Below, piece after piece: positions 39,598-50,820 of a DNA stretch of 64,000 nt. Source of the DNA: Octopus vulgaris (lineage: Eukaryota); assembly GCA_951406725.2 (NCBI GenBank), contig OX597838.1:10540001-10604000 (forward strand), in the 5' to 3' direction. Numbering within the stretch: the stretch's first letter is position 1; each line of letters begins with the position of its first letter. The notes under the pieces are model-generated. The model had not been told where the DNA came from and made no database searches. It saw nothing but the letters and a program-made list of their open reading frames with translations. Both the position numbers and the translations under genes were made by a program.

Positions 39598-39790
39598 GGG
39601 AGAATTCACAAAAAAAACAAAACAAAACAAAAGATGAAGACAGGTGGTGTAGACAACAAACAGATGTATTAGTATAACGCACGGGAAGTGAAAAAGTTTT
39701 TAACATTTCGAGCATACGCTCTTCCACAGAAAGGAACACAGAAAAAAACAAGGAGAGAAAATAAAGAATGTGTAGTGGCTAGCGATCTAT
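39598..39790 (-). mobile_element. Probable Penelope pseudo-LTR relic with a degenerate hammerhead-like core
   Basis: Minus strand ctgtggaa-gagc-gtat-gctc-GAAA-tgtta; homologous to 35650-35820. Confidence 0.55.
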
Positions 39791-39825
39791 CGAGGTGGAC
39801 AGAGGCAAGAGTAGGGGATAGGATA

Positions 39826-40150
39826 TTATCATCAGCAAAGTTTTAACATCAACTTTTCTATGCTTGCATTCACTGAGGTAAATTTTCTATGAACAGATGC
39901 CTTTCTTATCACAATCCTCACCTGTTTCCAAGCAAAGTAATATTTCTTCCGTAGCCAGACAAGTTTCTACAGAATACTGGAAATGACTGGCACTGCTTGT
40001 ATGACAGTGACACTCATTTACAACTAACATATGATATTGAAACAAGGAGACAAACACACACATACAGGCACATAATGGGTGTCTTTCAGTTTCTGTCTAT
40101 CAAATCCACTCAAGGTTTTGGTAAACCCAGGACGATTGTAGAAAACACTG
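39826..40150 (-). mobile_element. Old SINE: family A head and microsatellite with a different, D-like tail
   Basis: A head at about 40075-40150; after (CA)n the tail is unrelated to A and ends gcatagaaaagttgatgttaaa..(GAT). Confidence 0.7.
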
Positions 40151-40199
40151 AGGCAATCCCAGACAGATTAGGATAAAAAAAGGTTAAAAACAATTCAGC

Positions 40200-40540
40200 A
40201 TCATCATCGTTTAACGTCCACTTTCCATGCTAGCATGGGTTGGACGATTTTGACTGAGGGCTGACGAACCAGATGGCTGCACCAGGCTCCAATCTTGATC
40301 TGGCAGAGTTTCTACACCTGGATGCTCTTCCTAACACCAACCACTCCGAGAGTGTAGTGGGTACTTTTTACGTTCCACTGGCTCGAATCTTTTTACACGT
40401 GCCAGTGAAGCGATGTTGGTAACGATCAGGCTTGAATGATGCCCTTTTACGTGCCACGGGTACAGAAGCCAGTTGGCTGCTCTGGCAACGATCACGCTCG
40501 GATGGTGCTCTTGGCACCCTACTAGCACAGGCTTAAGTGC
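40200..40540 (-). mobile_element. Family D retroposon
   Basis: (ATC)n gtttaacgtccac start and D core. Confidence 0.82.
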
Positions 40541-40976
40541 CAACTATAATTTCAAATTTGATATAAAGTCATCAGGGTCATTGTAGAAAGAATAAAAATT
40601 AGATTTTGTGATGTTTATGAATATTCTCAGGGTTTTATTAGAGGCATTTGGCAAGTTTCATGATCCTTTTTATATCCATTGATAAGTGTCATTGAGAAGC
40701 AGATATCCTTTCACTATATAATTGAATAGATCACAAAATAGAATGTGCTATCTGTTTTAGTTTCAAAACAGATATGATAATCAAAGTGAACTCACCCACT
40801 TTTTTTGTAATCAGATGTTGCCATTAGCAGGTGATTTACTTGTTTGATTGGATGTATTGCACAAAATGAGTCATGACATTCATGCTTTTTTATGCGAAAT
40901 ATGATGTTAATTTATATATTTCTTTTGCAAGATTCTTGAAGTGAAATCCTGTGTGGAAACAGATGTTACAGTGGGG

Positions 40977-41228
40977 ATGGTCATATTTTGCCAATTAAAC
41001 ACAAACGCTATTTATTTGGTCTTCACTTCAGCTTATTTCCGTTTTGTCCAAATGGAATAAACGGAACAAGTGGAAACATGTCGAACAAAGGGAATCTGAA
41101 GAGGTCACAGGATGTGTGACGAAAGAATTTTGACAAAGAAACTAAAATGATAATAATAATAATAATAATAAAGCTGAACTGAAGACCAAATATATAGTGT
41201 GCGTGTTTAATTGGAAAAATATGACATC
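40977..41228. mobile_element. Fold-back element with a hammerhead core in its spacer
   Basis: About 58-bp imperfect inverted arms (40977-41032 and 41171-41228); CTGAAGA-g-gtcaca-ggatg-tgtgac-GAAA at 41096-41124. Confidence 0.65.
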
Positions 41229-41245
41229 TGCCAAGTACAACAATA

Positions 41246-41457
41246 TACTCTTTTACTTGTTTCAGTCATTTGACTGCGGCCATGCTGGAGCACCGCCTTT
41301 AATCGAGCAACTCGACCCCGTGACTTATTCTTTTGTAAGCCCAGTACTTATTCTATCGGTCTCTTTTTGCCAAAGCGCTAAGTAACGGGGACATAAACAC
41401 ACCAGCATCGGTTGTCAAACAATGCTAGGGACACACACACAGACACACAAACACACA

Positions 41458-41512
<55 letters not shown>

Positions 41513-41676
41513 GACGGGCTTCTTTCAGTTTCCGTCTACCAAATCCACTCACAAGGCTTTGGTCGGCCCGAGGCTATAGTAGAAGACACTTGCCCAAGGT
41601 GCCACGCAGTGGGACTGAACCCGGAACCATGTGGTTGGTAAACAAGCTACTTACCACACAGCCACTCCTGTGCCAT
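41246..41676 (-). mobile_element. Family A SINE
   Basis: Full-length copy with expanded (TA)n. Confidence 0.92.
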
Positions 41677-42301
41677 ATGATGTGAATTATTTTCATGGAT
41701 CATATGTTTCAAAGGAAGATAATTTTTCTACCACACAGACTGGACTGAGGCAATTGTTCTACTATAGAGTAGGGAAAATCCTCCAACTATATTGGATGAC
41801 TACCATATGGTGTGGACTACTGGAATGTAGAAGAATCAAACTTTCACTTGTAATACTATTGTGGAAGGGGGAAATGAAGAAAAAGTGTGAAGCTAAGGAG
41901 CCAGTGAGTAAAGAAAAATTTGGAAATCACTTGGTAAAATGTTCTAAAAATCTGCATAATTAATTGTTCTTATATTTATTTATCTAATAATTCAGTCAGC
42001 ACTAAAATCAAATTTTTATCACAGGAAGCCTGCTATTTCATTTTAATTACTAGTTGTGGTTAGTTCACTTCACTTCTATATTGATAACAGGGTGATATGG
42101 TTGAGTGAATCACAGTACAGACAGCTGCCAACCCATGAGTCAGAAGTTCAAATCTACTGCACATATCTTATTTTTTTTCTGTGCAAAACAATTCTACATT
42201 TAAGAGGGGGAGGACGACATGCATGGTCACACAACTTGCAAGAAATAAATGCTAGATCTCCCTCTTATCACACACTCTCACAGTTGGACAATGTAGTTCT
42301 T

Positions 42302-42592
42302 GTGGAGGCACATGGCCTAGTGGTTAGAGCAGCGGACTCGCAGTCAAGGGATCGTGGGTTCGAATCTCAGACCGGGCGAGGTGTGTGTTTATGAGTGAAA
42401 CACCTAAGCTTCACGCGGCTCCGGCAGGAGGTAATGGCGAAACTTCTGCTGACTCTTTCGCCACAACTTTCTCTCACTCTTTCCTCCTACATCTTGCAGC
42501 TCACCTGCGACGGACTGGTGGGGAACCTATACGCCAAGGAAACCGGGAAACCGGCCCTTATGAGCCCGGCATGGCTCAAGAAGGAACAAACA
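42302..42592 (+). mobile_element. Family C-type SINE head with a third tail
   Basis: A-box tggcctagtgg, B-box ggttcgaatc; tail cctgcgacggactgg..aaccgggaaaccggcccttatgagcc recalls the V-SINE domain (unverified). Confidence 0.8.
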
Positions 42593-42624
42593 CAATGTAG
42601 TTCTTGGATAGACTGTCTATTATT

Positions 42625-42950
42625 ATTTGTTTCAGTCATTGAACTATGGCCATGCTACGACAAACACCTCAGTACTTATTTTTTAAGCTTGGTACTATTC
42701 TATTGGTTTCTTTTGCTGAACCACCAAGTTTCAGAGGATGTAATCAAACCAATACCAGTTGTCAAGCAGTAGTGGGGGGACAAACACACACATACATGAT
42801 GGGCTTCCACAGCTTCCATCTATTGTATCCACTTGCAAGACTTTGGTCAGCCTAGGGCTATAGGGAAAGACACTTGCCAAGGTTCCACACAGTGAGACTG
42901 AACCCAAGACCATACGATCAGGAAGCAAGCTTCTTAACCACACAGCCATG
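42625..42950 (-). mobile_element. Old family A SINE
   Basis: Diverged and internally deleted. Confidence 0.75.
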
Positions 42951-43391
42951 CAACTTCACCTATGTCCAAAACAAACAAACACACACAAAAAAAGAAAGAA
43001 AGAAGAGATGAAAAGGTCATGGTTGGAATGTTTTTGACTATAAGTCAGCTAGGTCAGAGCTGACCTGGAGCTACACAACAGGTCAGCATTGTTTTAGCTT
43101 TCCTAGTGGTGGGAAATAGTTACCAAGTTTTACAGAGATAATTACCTGCTATAACCACTAATTGATAGCAGTGGGCTTGGCTAACATAAGTTATTTGCTA
43201 TTCACTAATTATTTGTCACCACGATTTAATTTTTCTTTGTTTTTATCATTTTTTCTTCTTTTTTTTTTGCAAACAGAATTTCTTAATTTTTTACATCCAG
43301 TATTCTTTATGATTACATGAAACTAAAGTTGGCAATAATTGCATCTTTTACTACATGTCAAGCATCAGGTGACAGCTACATGTTGTGCGTT

Positions 43392-44349
43392 TTATCTTTT
43401 ACTTGTTTCAGTCATTAGAGTGTGGCCATGCTGGGGCATCACTTTGAAGAACTTTTATTAGTTGAATGAATCAATCCCAGTACTTATTTTTGTAAAGACT
43501 GATGCTTATTCTATCAGTCTCTCTTGCCAAATTGCTAAGTTACAAGGACATAAACACACCAACACCAGTTGTCAAGTGGTGGTGGTGAGAGGACAAACAC
43601 TGACACAGATACGTGTATAATATCTATTATCATCATCTGTTTTATTATTACCCACTAGGGGCGAACATAGAGGGGACAATACAATCTGATGTGGGGTCAG
43701 ATACACGAATGGGATTACAAAAAGATGAATTTAAAAATTTACAAAAAATATGAAGAAATTGAAGAAATCGAATGAAGAACAGACCGGAAGACATTACGGA
43801 TGGAGTGGGAGCGGGTTTAGCTCGGACCCCACGAGCCCCGCCTCCCCACTGATACTTTGGTTTTCGTCTAGTTTTACATTTATGTGGTATCATCCACTCG
43901 CAACTTTCGTGCTACATCCTTCCATCGTTCTTCATACACTCTCTTAGTCAGGCATTTCCTCTCCAGCCCTATCTTCCTTTTTAGGTGAAAGATGAAGTAA
44001 TTCATCAATCCAGGGCCGGAGATGAACTTACCTGACCGTAAACCATTCATCCTAGTCTTCCAAATCACCTCTTTCGCAATTGCTACTACAACGAGAATTT
44101 AACATCTCCTTTCCATGCTGATGCGGGTTAGATTGGTAGACTGGAACTGGTAGACCAGAGAGCTTATATATGTGTATGTACACACACACACACACATAAC
44201 AGGCCTCTTTCAATTTCCATCTACCAAATCCACTCACAAGGCTTTGTTCAGCCCAAAACTATAATAGAAGACACTTGCCCAAGGTGCCACACAATGAGAC
44301 TGAACCCAGAACCATGTGGTTGGAAACTTCTTACTACACAGTCATGCCT
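43392..44349 (-). mobile_element. Old family A SINE interrupted in its microsatellite by a D tail and a LINE
   Basis: A tail about 43392-43610; A head about 44195-44349. Confidence 0.8.
43640..44097 (-). mobile_element. Tx1/L1-like LINE 3' end (ORF2 C-terminus and 3' UTR)
   Basis: VVVAIAKEVIWKTRMNGL..NYFIFHLKRKIGLERK..EERW resembles L1/Tx1 ORF2 termini (AK..IW..R ... W); 3' end gtcccctctatgttcgcccctagtgggtaataataaa. Confidence 0.72.
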
Positions 44350-44520
44350 TATATATAAAAACAAAACGCAGCTACTTGAGCCAACCAGTGTGGATACGTC
44401 TACACATTAGCTTGACCTACAAGAAATAGCAGTCAAATCTGTGAGATGTGAGATGTAAGCACCATTTCAACAACTCATAGAGCCAGACCAGATGTGAAAT
44501 AAAGGAGCAATTTCAACTGC

Positions 44521-44660
44521 TGTTAGGAAGGGCATCCAGCCATAAAAACCATACCAAAACAGACAGTGAAACCTGGTGCAATCTTATGGCTTGCCAGCTC
44601 CTGTGCAACCATCCAACCCATGCCAGCATGGAAAACAGACATTAAATGACAATGATGATT
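44521..44660 (+). mobile_element. Family D 3' fragment, old
   Basis: ttaggaagggcatccagcc core and (GAT)-like tail. Confidence 0.78.
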
Positions 44661-44666
44661 GATATA

Positions 44667-45064
44667 CAGGAGTGGCTGTGTGGTAAGTAGCTTGCTAACC
44701 AACCACATGGTTCCAGGTTCAGTCCCACTGCGTGGCACCTTGGGCAAGTGTCTTCTGCTATAGCCTCGGGCCAACCAATGCCTTGTTGGATTTGGTAGAC
44801 GGAAACTGAAAGAAGCCTGTCGTATATATGTATATATATATGTATGTGTGTGTGTGTGTTTGTGTGTCTGTGTTTGTCCCCCTAGCATTGCTTGACAACC
44901 GATGCTGGTGTGTTTACGCCCCCGTCACTTATCGGGTCAGCAAAAGAGACTGATAGAATAAGTACTGGGCTTACAAAGATTAAGTCCCGGGGTCGATTTG
45001 CTCGACTAAAGGCGGTGCTCCAGCATGGTCGCAGTCAAATGACTGAAACAAGTAAAAGAGAGTA
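44667..45064 (+). mobile_element. Family A SINE
   Basis: Full-length copy. Confidence 0.92.
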
Positions 45065-45079
45065 TATATATATATATAT

Positions 45080-45311
45080 CACCTTTTTACCTTAGGAGAG
45101 AATCTTTCTCCAGGGTAACTGCAGTTTATTTGCCTTTAGCAGTTGAAATATGTGACAAACATATTTCAACTAACCTAAACATATTAATCAGCCGAAATTG
45201 CTAGGATGATCTGGTTCTTGACTGAAGATTGAAGGCTTCGAATGTCCCGTCCGTGTTTTTTGTATCGTCTTCTAAATGTTTTACGTTCTTGTCCCAGTTT
45301 GTATTTTTCTA
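45080..45311. mobile_element. (TA)n-embedded element with a short hairpin and a degenerate hammerhead-like core
   Basis: agttgaaatatgt/acatatttcaact hairpin; gactgaagattgaaggcttcgaatgtc. Confidence 0.45.
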
Positions 45312-46152
45312 CATATAAACATATATATATATATATAAGGGTAAAGAACACAACACACAGCCTGGTCTAGGAATCGAAATCAGTATTTCCTGATTGCAAG
45401 CCTGGTGCTCACACCACTAGGCCATGCATCTTCACACAAACACACAAATGTAGAACGGAATGAAACAAGTGAGTTATAAAAAAAGGTAATTCTTCCCCTC
45501 TAACATGAAAGAGATTTAGATCCCCTCAAAATTGCAGGCCCTCATTAACTGGCCGACTTGTCACACTGACCTCCTGCTGCTCTGGCCTGAGTGAATGAGC
45601 AAATAAAGTGAAATTACTTTGTTTAATTCAATGTAACACCCAGACTTTGCCCATTAAAAGCTTACCGCTATTATAGTATTCATTAAAAGCAAAAAAAAAA
45701 TAAAAAATAACAAAGATACTTTTATGTAGCTGGCTACAAATGAGCAACAAGTAGAACAATAATTGTGGGACTTGACTAATCTTTGTTTAGTGCACAATGG
45801 AAGGCAAAGGAGATTTTGGTAAATAAAATCTGAATTTATAGTTCTAGCATGAGAAAATAGCATGTTCAAACAAAATCGTTTGCCCTAACAAAAACTTATT
45901 TGTTGGAAGAAATAAAAAGGAAGCTATGACTGAACAACGATTTTCTCTTTGACAATACAACACTGACATAGTTATTGCTTAATAACACATCAGCCATTGT
46001 TATGTCTGAGGGTCAGAGAGCAAAGCCACAGCTTTGGCTATGGTGGTCTTGGGCGTCAGAGATGTAACTGGAGGAACAGAGACTTGCTTGAAGAAAAAAA
46101 AAACTATATGAATCGGCTTGCAGACAGGTGGACCAGACAGACCATTGAGAAC

Positions 46153-46848
46153 TACAAGGGCATGCTGAAATGTTCCTGGCTTTAAGGGTATCGCGAAAGG
46201 CTTGGTTGGAGGCTCAATGTTCCTGGCTTTAAGGGTATCGCGAAAGGCTTGGTTGGAGGCCCAATGTTCCTGGCTTTAAGGGTAACGCGAAAGGCTTGGT
46301 TGGAGGCCCAATGTTCCTGGCTTTAAGGGTATCGCGAAAGGCTTGGTTGGAGGCCCAATATTCCTGGCTTTAAGGGTATCGCGAAAGGCTTGGTTGGAGG
46401 CCCAATATTCCTGGCTTTAAGGGTATCGCGAAAGGCTTGGTTGGAGGCCCAATGTTCCTGGCTTTAAGGGTATCGCGAAAGGCTTGGTTGGAGGCCCAAT
46501 ATTCCTGGCTTTAAGGGTATCGCGAAAGGCTTGGTTGGAGGCCCAATATTCCTGGCTTTAAGGGTATCGCGAAAGGCTTGGTTGGAGGCCCAATGTTCCT
46601 GGCTTTAAGGGTATCGCGAAAGGCTTGGTTGGAGGCCCAATGTTCCTGGCTTTAAGGGTATCGCGAAAGGCTTGGTTGGAGCCCCAACCTTCTGACTTCT
46701 TTTACAGGCCTTAGACAAAACTGAAGGACCTCTGCAATAAGTATGTGAATCTGAGAGGAGGGGAATATGTTGAATAAAATCATAATTAACTAATCCTCCT
46801 GTATTTTCTTTTACCCAAAGCCAGGAACTTTGCAGTGCCCCCTTGTTA
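46153..46848 (+). mobile_element. Mariner-derived MITE containing a tandem array
   Basis: TIR-like ends tacaagggcatgctgaaatgttcctggcttt and aaagccaggaactttgcagtgcccccttgt; same family as 31543-31763. Confidence 0.85.
46171..46687. repeat. Minisatellite, 11 x 47 bp
   Basis: Unit tgttcctggctttaagggtatcgcgaaaggcttggttggaggcccaa; exact 47-bp period with few substitutions. Confidence 0.97.
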
Positions 46849-47171
46849 AGTGCCTTGGCTATCAAAACCTCTTGCGCAGCATAAATAAAAAGGTACAGAT
46901 CAATGAAATTGTTGACACGTTATTCAGTTACCCAATTAATTACCCATTACTGACTCAGCCACCCAGAGCATTACAAACCAATAGAGAACCACTTAGATCA
47001 ACATTGTTTAGTATACTAACAAATGCAAAGTGAGGTGAACCCATATAACTGAACTGCTGACTTGAGGGTTCAGACTTTAAACCTACAACAGATTTCCTAG
47101 GATGTTCCTGTTATCCTAGTTGAGAGGATATGGATACTAAACCATAGGGAGTAGGGACTAGGTTTTCTTTT

Positions 47172-47770
47172 ACCTTTCGCTTGTTTCTGGTTGTGGCCAT
47201 GTTGGAGCACCACTTTGAAGTCTTAAGTCAAATTGACCCCAGTAGTTATTTTTTAAGTCTGATACTCACTGTCAGTTTCTTTTGTTGAACTACTAAGTTA
47301 TGGGGATGTAAACAAACCAACACTAGTTGTAAGCAGTGGGGATGTGGAAACAAAGATATATACACAGACATATGTATGTTTGCATGTATGTATAGGTGCA
47401 GGTGTGACTGTGTGGTAAGAAGCTTGCTTCCCAACCATGTGGTTTGGGGTTCAGTCCCACTGCATGGCACCTTGGGCAAGTGTCTTCTAAACTGGCCTTG
47501 AGCAAACCAAAGCCTTATGAGTGGATTTTGTAGATGGAAACTGAAAGAAGCCCATTGTATGTGTGTATATTCGTTTGTCCCCCATCACTGCTTGACAACT
47601 GGTGTTGGTGTGTTTACATCCCCGTAACTTGGTCGTTCGGCAAAAGAGACCAATAAAATAAGTACTAGGCTTAAAAAATAAGTCCTGGGGTTGATTTGTT
47701 CAGCTAAAAATCCTTCAAGGCAGTGCTCCAACGTGGCCACAGTCAAGTGAGTGAAACAAGTAATAGAATA
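47172..47770. mobile_element. Two old family A SINE copies in opposite orientation
   Basis: Minus-strand 3' half about 47172-47385; plus-strand full copy about 47394-47770. Confidence 0.8.
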
Positions 47771-48168
47771 TATACAAATAATAAATTATCAGAAATAGAT
47801 ACTAGATTATCTGGGCAAAACACTTTATTCACTGGATTCTTTTCTTTTTAGAGTTGAGTTCCATTATTGGAGTGATATTAATTTTCATCTAGATTGACAC
47901 ACTAATTTGCTTCAACTATTTTTTTCCCCAATAACATGCCATAAATCTTAATTTATGAGACGCCCAAGTTTCAAATATCATGACACCTTTGAATATTTTC
48001 TTTTAATATTTTTTATGGCATTTATTACATCAATGCTTTATTTCATCAGGATTACTCTTGTAAATTTTACATTGCAGTTGTGTTTAGCAACATAAGGAAC
48101 AATACTAAGGTGTTATAACATACTTGTTAACAAAAAAAAAAAAAAAAAGATAAAATAAAATAACAGCA

Positions 48169-48335
48169 TAGGCGCAGGAGTGGCTGTGTGGTAAGTAGCT
48201 TGCTAACCAACCACACGGTTCCGGGTTCAGTCCCACTGCGTGGCATCTTGGGCAAGTGTCTTCTGCTATAGCCCCGGGCCGACCAATGCCCTGTGAGTGG
48301 ATTTGGTAGACGGAAACTGAAAGAAGCTCGTCGTA

Positions 48336-48386
<51 letters not shown>

Positions 48387-48593
48387 GTGTGTCTGTCCTC
48401 CTAGCATTGCTTGACAACCGATGCTGGTGTGTTTACGTCCCCCGTCACTTAGCGGTTCAGCAAAAGAGACCGATAGAATAAGTACTGGGCTTGCAAAAGA
48501 ATAAGTCCCGGGGTCGAGTTGCTCGACTAAAAGGCGGTGCTCCAGCATGGCCGCAGTCAAATGACTGAAACAAGTAAAAGAGTAAAAAGAGTA
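48169..48593 (+). mobile_element. Family A SINE
   Basis: Full-length, CpG-rich copy. Confidence 0.92.
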
Positions 48594-49402
48594 ACGAGTT
48601 ACCAAATGGAGACTGATTAAAGAAGGTGTTTCCAGGAGAACAGAGTGGTAACTATCACTGTTGACATCTTAGTAAAGTGTTGAATTGGTACCGACAGGAG
48701 GGACTTGCATTGACTTAAAAACTAATACTGACTTGTCACAGGATTGAGAAAATGAATGGTTGATCTCCATAACCCCAGATTGCAAGCATGGGGAACAATG
48801 GATGGAAAGAATGATGTCAAAGGGACAGAAATAGTTTAACATGACAGTTTGATGAAAATACTGGGTTTATAGAGAGGACCAGTACTTAATTTTCAATATT
48901 TCTAGCACCTAGTAAATCTAAGAGTCATCACCTGATTGATAAGCTGCTACTCTATCTCAGGTTACTCTCCTTGATAATGGGATAATTTCTGAGGGATTGC
49001 TAATTGGGAGTTGTCTATCGGAATGAAGTTTCCTTCTCTGATAATTTGGGACCTATTTCTGATAAAAACATTGTTGTAGAGCTGAAAACGAGGCAATTTC
49101 TACTCTTCTCCTCTGGAAGCCATCTACTCGCAATACCAGAGGGTGCACACTCTCCTACCCTGATGTAATCTCCAGAGATACAGGCATACAACAAAATGAT
49201 TCAAGCAAATTTGAACTCACAAACTATGACTAAGTCAGCCAGTCCACTTGGTCATTTCACCTATGGTGGCAATAGCAAATTACTTTTGAACTCTTAGCCT
49301 TAACCGCACCAGTCCAGCACCCATACTATTTTTTTTTTTTTTTTTTACACCTTATCACTTTTTCAACACAAACTTTTACACCTTTACAAGTCTTTTTGTT
49401 AT

Positions 49403-49615
49403 TACTCTTTTACTCTCTTTTACTTGTTTCAGTCATTTGACTGCGGCCATGCTGGAGCATTGCCTTTAGTCGAGCAAATCAACCCCGGGACTTATTCTTT
49501 GTAAGCCCAGTACTTATTCTATCGGTCTCTTTTGCCGAACCGCTAAGTGACGGGGACGTAAACACACCAGCATCGGTTGTCAAGCAATGCTAGGGGGACA
49601 AACACAGACACACAA

Positions 49616-49654
<39 letters not shown>

Positions 49655-49660
49655 TATATT
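49403..49660 (-). mobile_element. Family A SINE 3' half
   Basis: Truncated at the internal microsatellite. Confidence 0.9.
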
Positions 49661-50820
49661 TGTTTTCTTTCTTTTTGCCTTTTCTCTGACTATCTGTCTA
49701 TCTATTTCCTTACTGTGCACACTGAGCTTGAAATATCACAGTACTAAGTTACTACTAGTAACCAAACAACAACTATCTTCAGTGGGAACCAAACATAATG
49801 CTTGTCAACTTTTGCCTTTTCAAAATACAACACACCCTTCAGATAAAAAAAAAAGAAGAAAATCACACAAAGAACGTAAAATACAATGATAAATATACCA
49901 CAGTATGGTTACAGTTAAATAGAAACTTCTTATAGAAACTATTTTTAGCATCAATGTCATTACACCCCACAGTCTAATTGTAATGAATTAAAAATTAAAC
50001 TTCAAACTGAGATTGCATGTGATGTATTGATTATTTCCACTTTCGCCTCTGACTAATATGTGGAAACAGGTGGCACCTCTCACTTGAAATGTTTTCTGAA
50101 GAAACTTGGATAAGAAAAAGTCTGTTTTAACCTAACTAGTTTTGCTGAAGATCAGAAAAATATGTTGTGAAACAGAGACAAAGGGAAACCAAAGGTGCTG
50201 TGCAGTTGGAGCCAAAGCCAAATGGTTGGGAGGCGAGCTTCTAAACCACACAGCCACCATTTCCATATACGACAGAAATACTGAAATGCATATTTGGACC
50301 AACACTACAGTACCAACTGCTCCACCACATATTGGTTCAGTGTGTGTGTCCGTGTCCACACACACACACACACACACACATACATACACATGCTAACAGA
50401 CACACACACGTACAGAACAAAAATACTCTGAATTTAATTTATTGAAAAAAAACAAAAGAAACTCTACCTAAAAATGAAATTCAAAATAAAGAATATAAAA
50501 CATTTAAAAAAATGGTAATTATTTACCAGGTGCACAGTAGGTGATTAATTCGAGTGCTGACTTACTAAGCCCAAAGTTCAAGGGTGTGTATACAGGGTGT
50601 ACACCACACGGTCACAAAAGCCATTTTCTATATTTCGTCTATTTTGTAAAGTAAATTATTTACAATTTACTGCAATGACTTATAAACAGCTATTATGGTT
50701 TGGTAGCTTAAACATTCGTCATATGGTGGGTGAGTGAGTTGTTTGTTATTGTGGCCAATATGAATGATAAATGAAAAGGCAGTGAGCTGACAAAGCTGTT
50801 TGCACTGCAGACAAAACAGC

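Noticed and set aside
46171-46687. CRISPR-like appearance of the 47-bp array
   Set aside because: No unique spacers and no cas genes; eukaryotic context; the unit derives from a mariner MITE.
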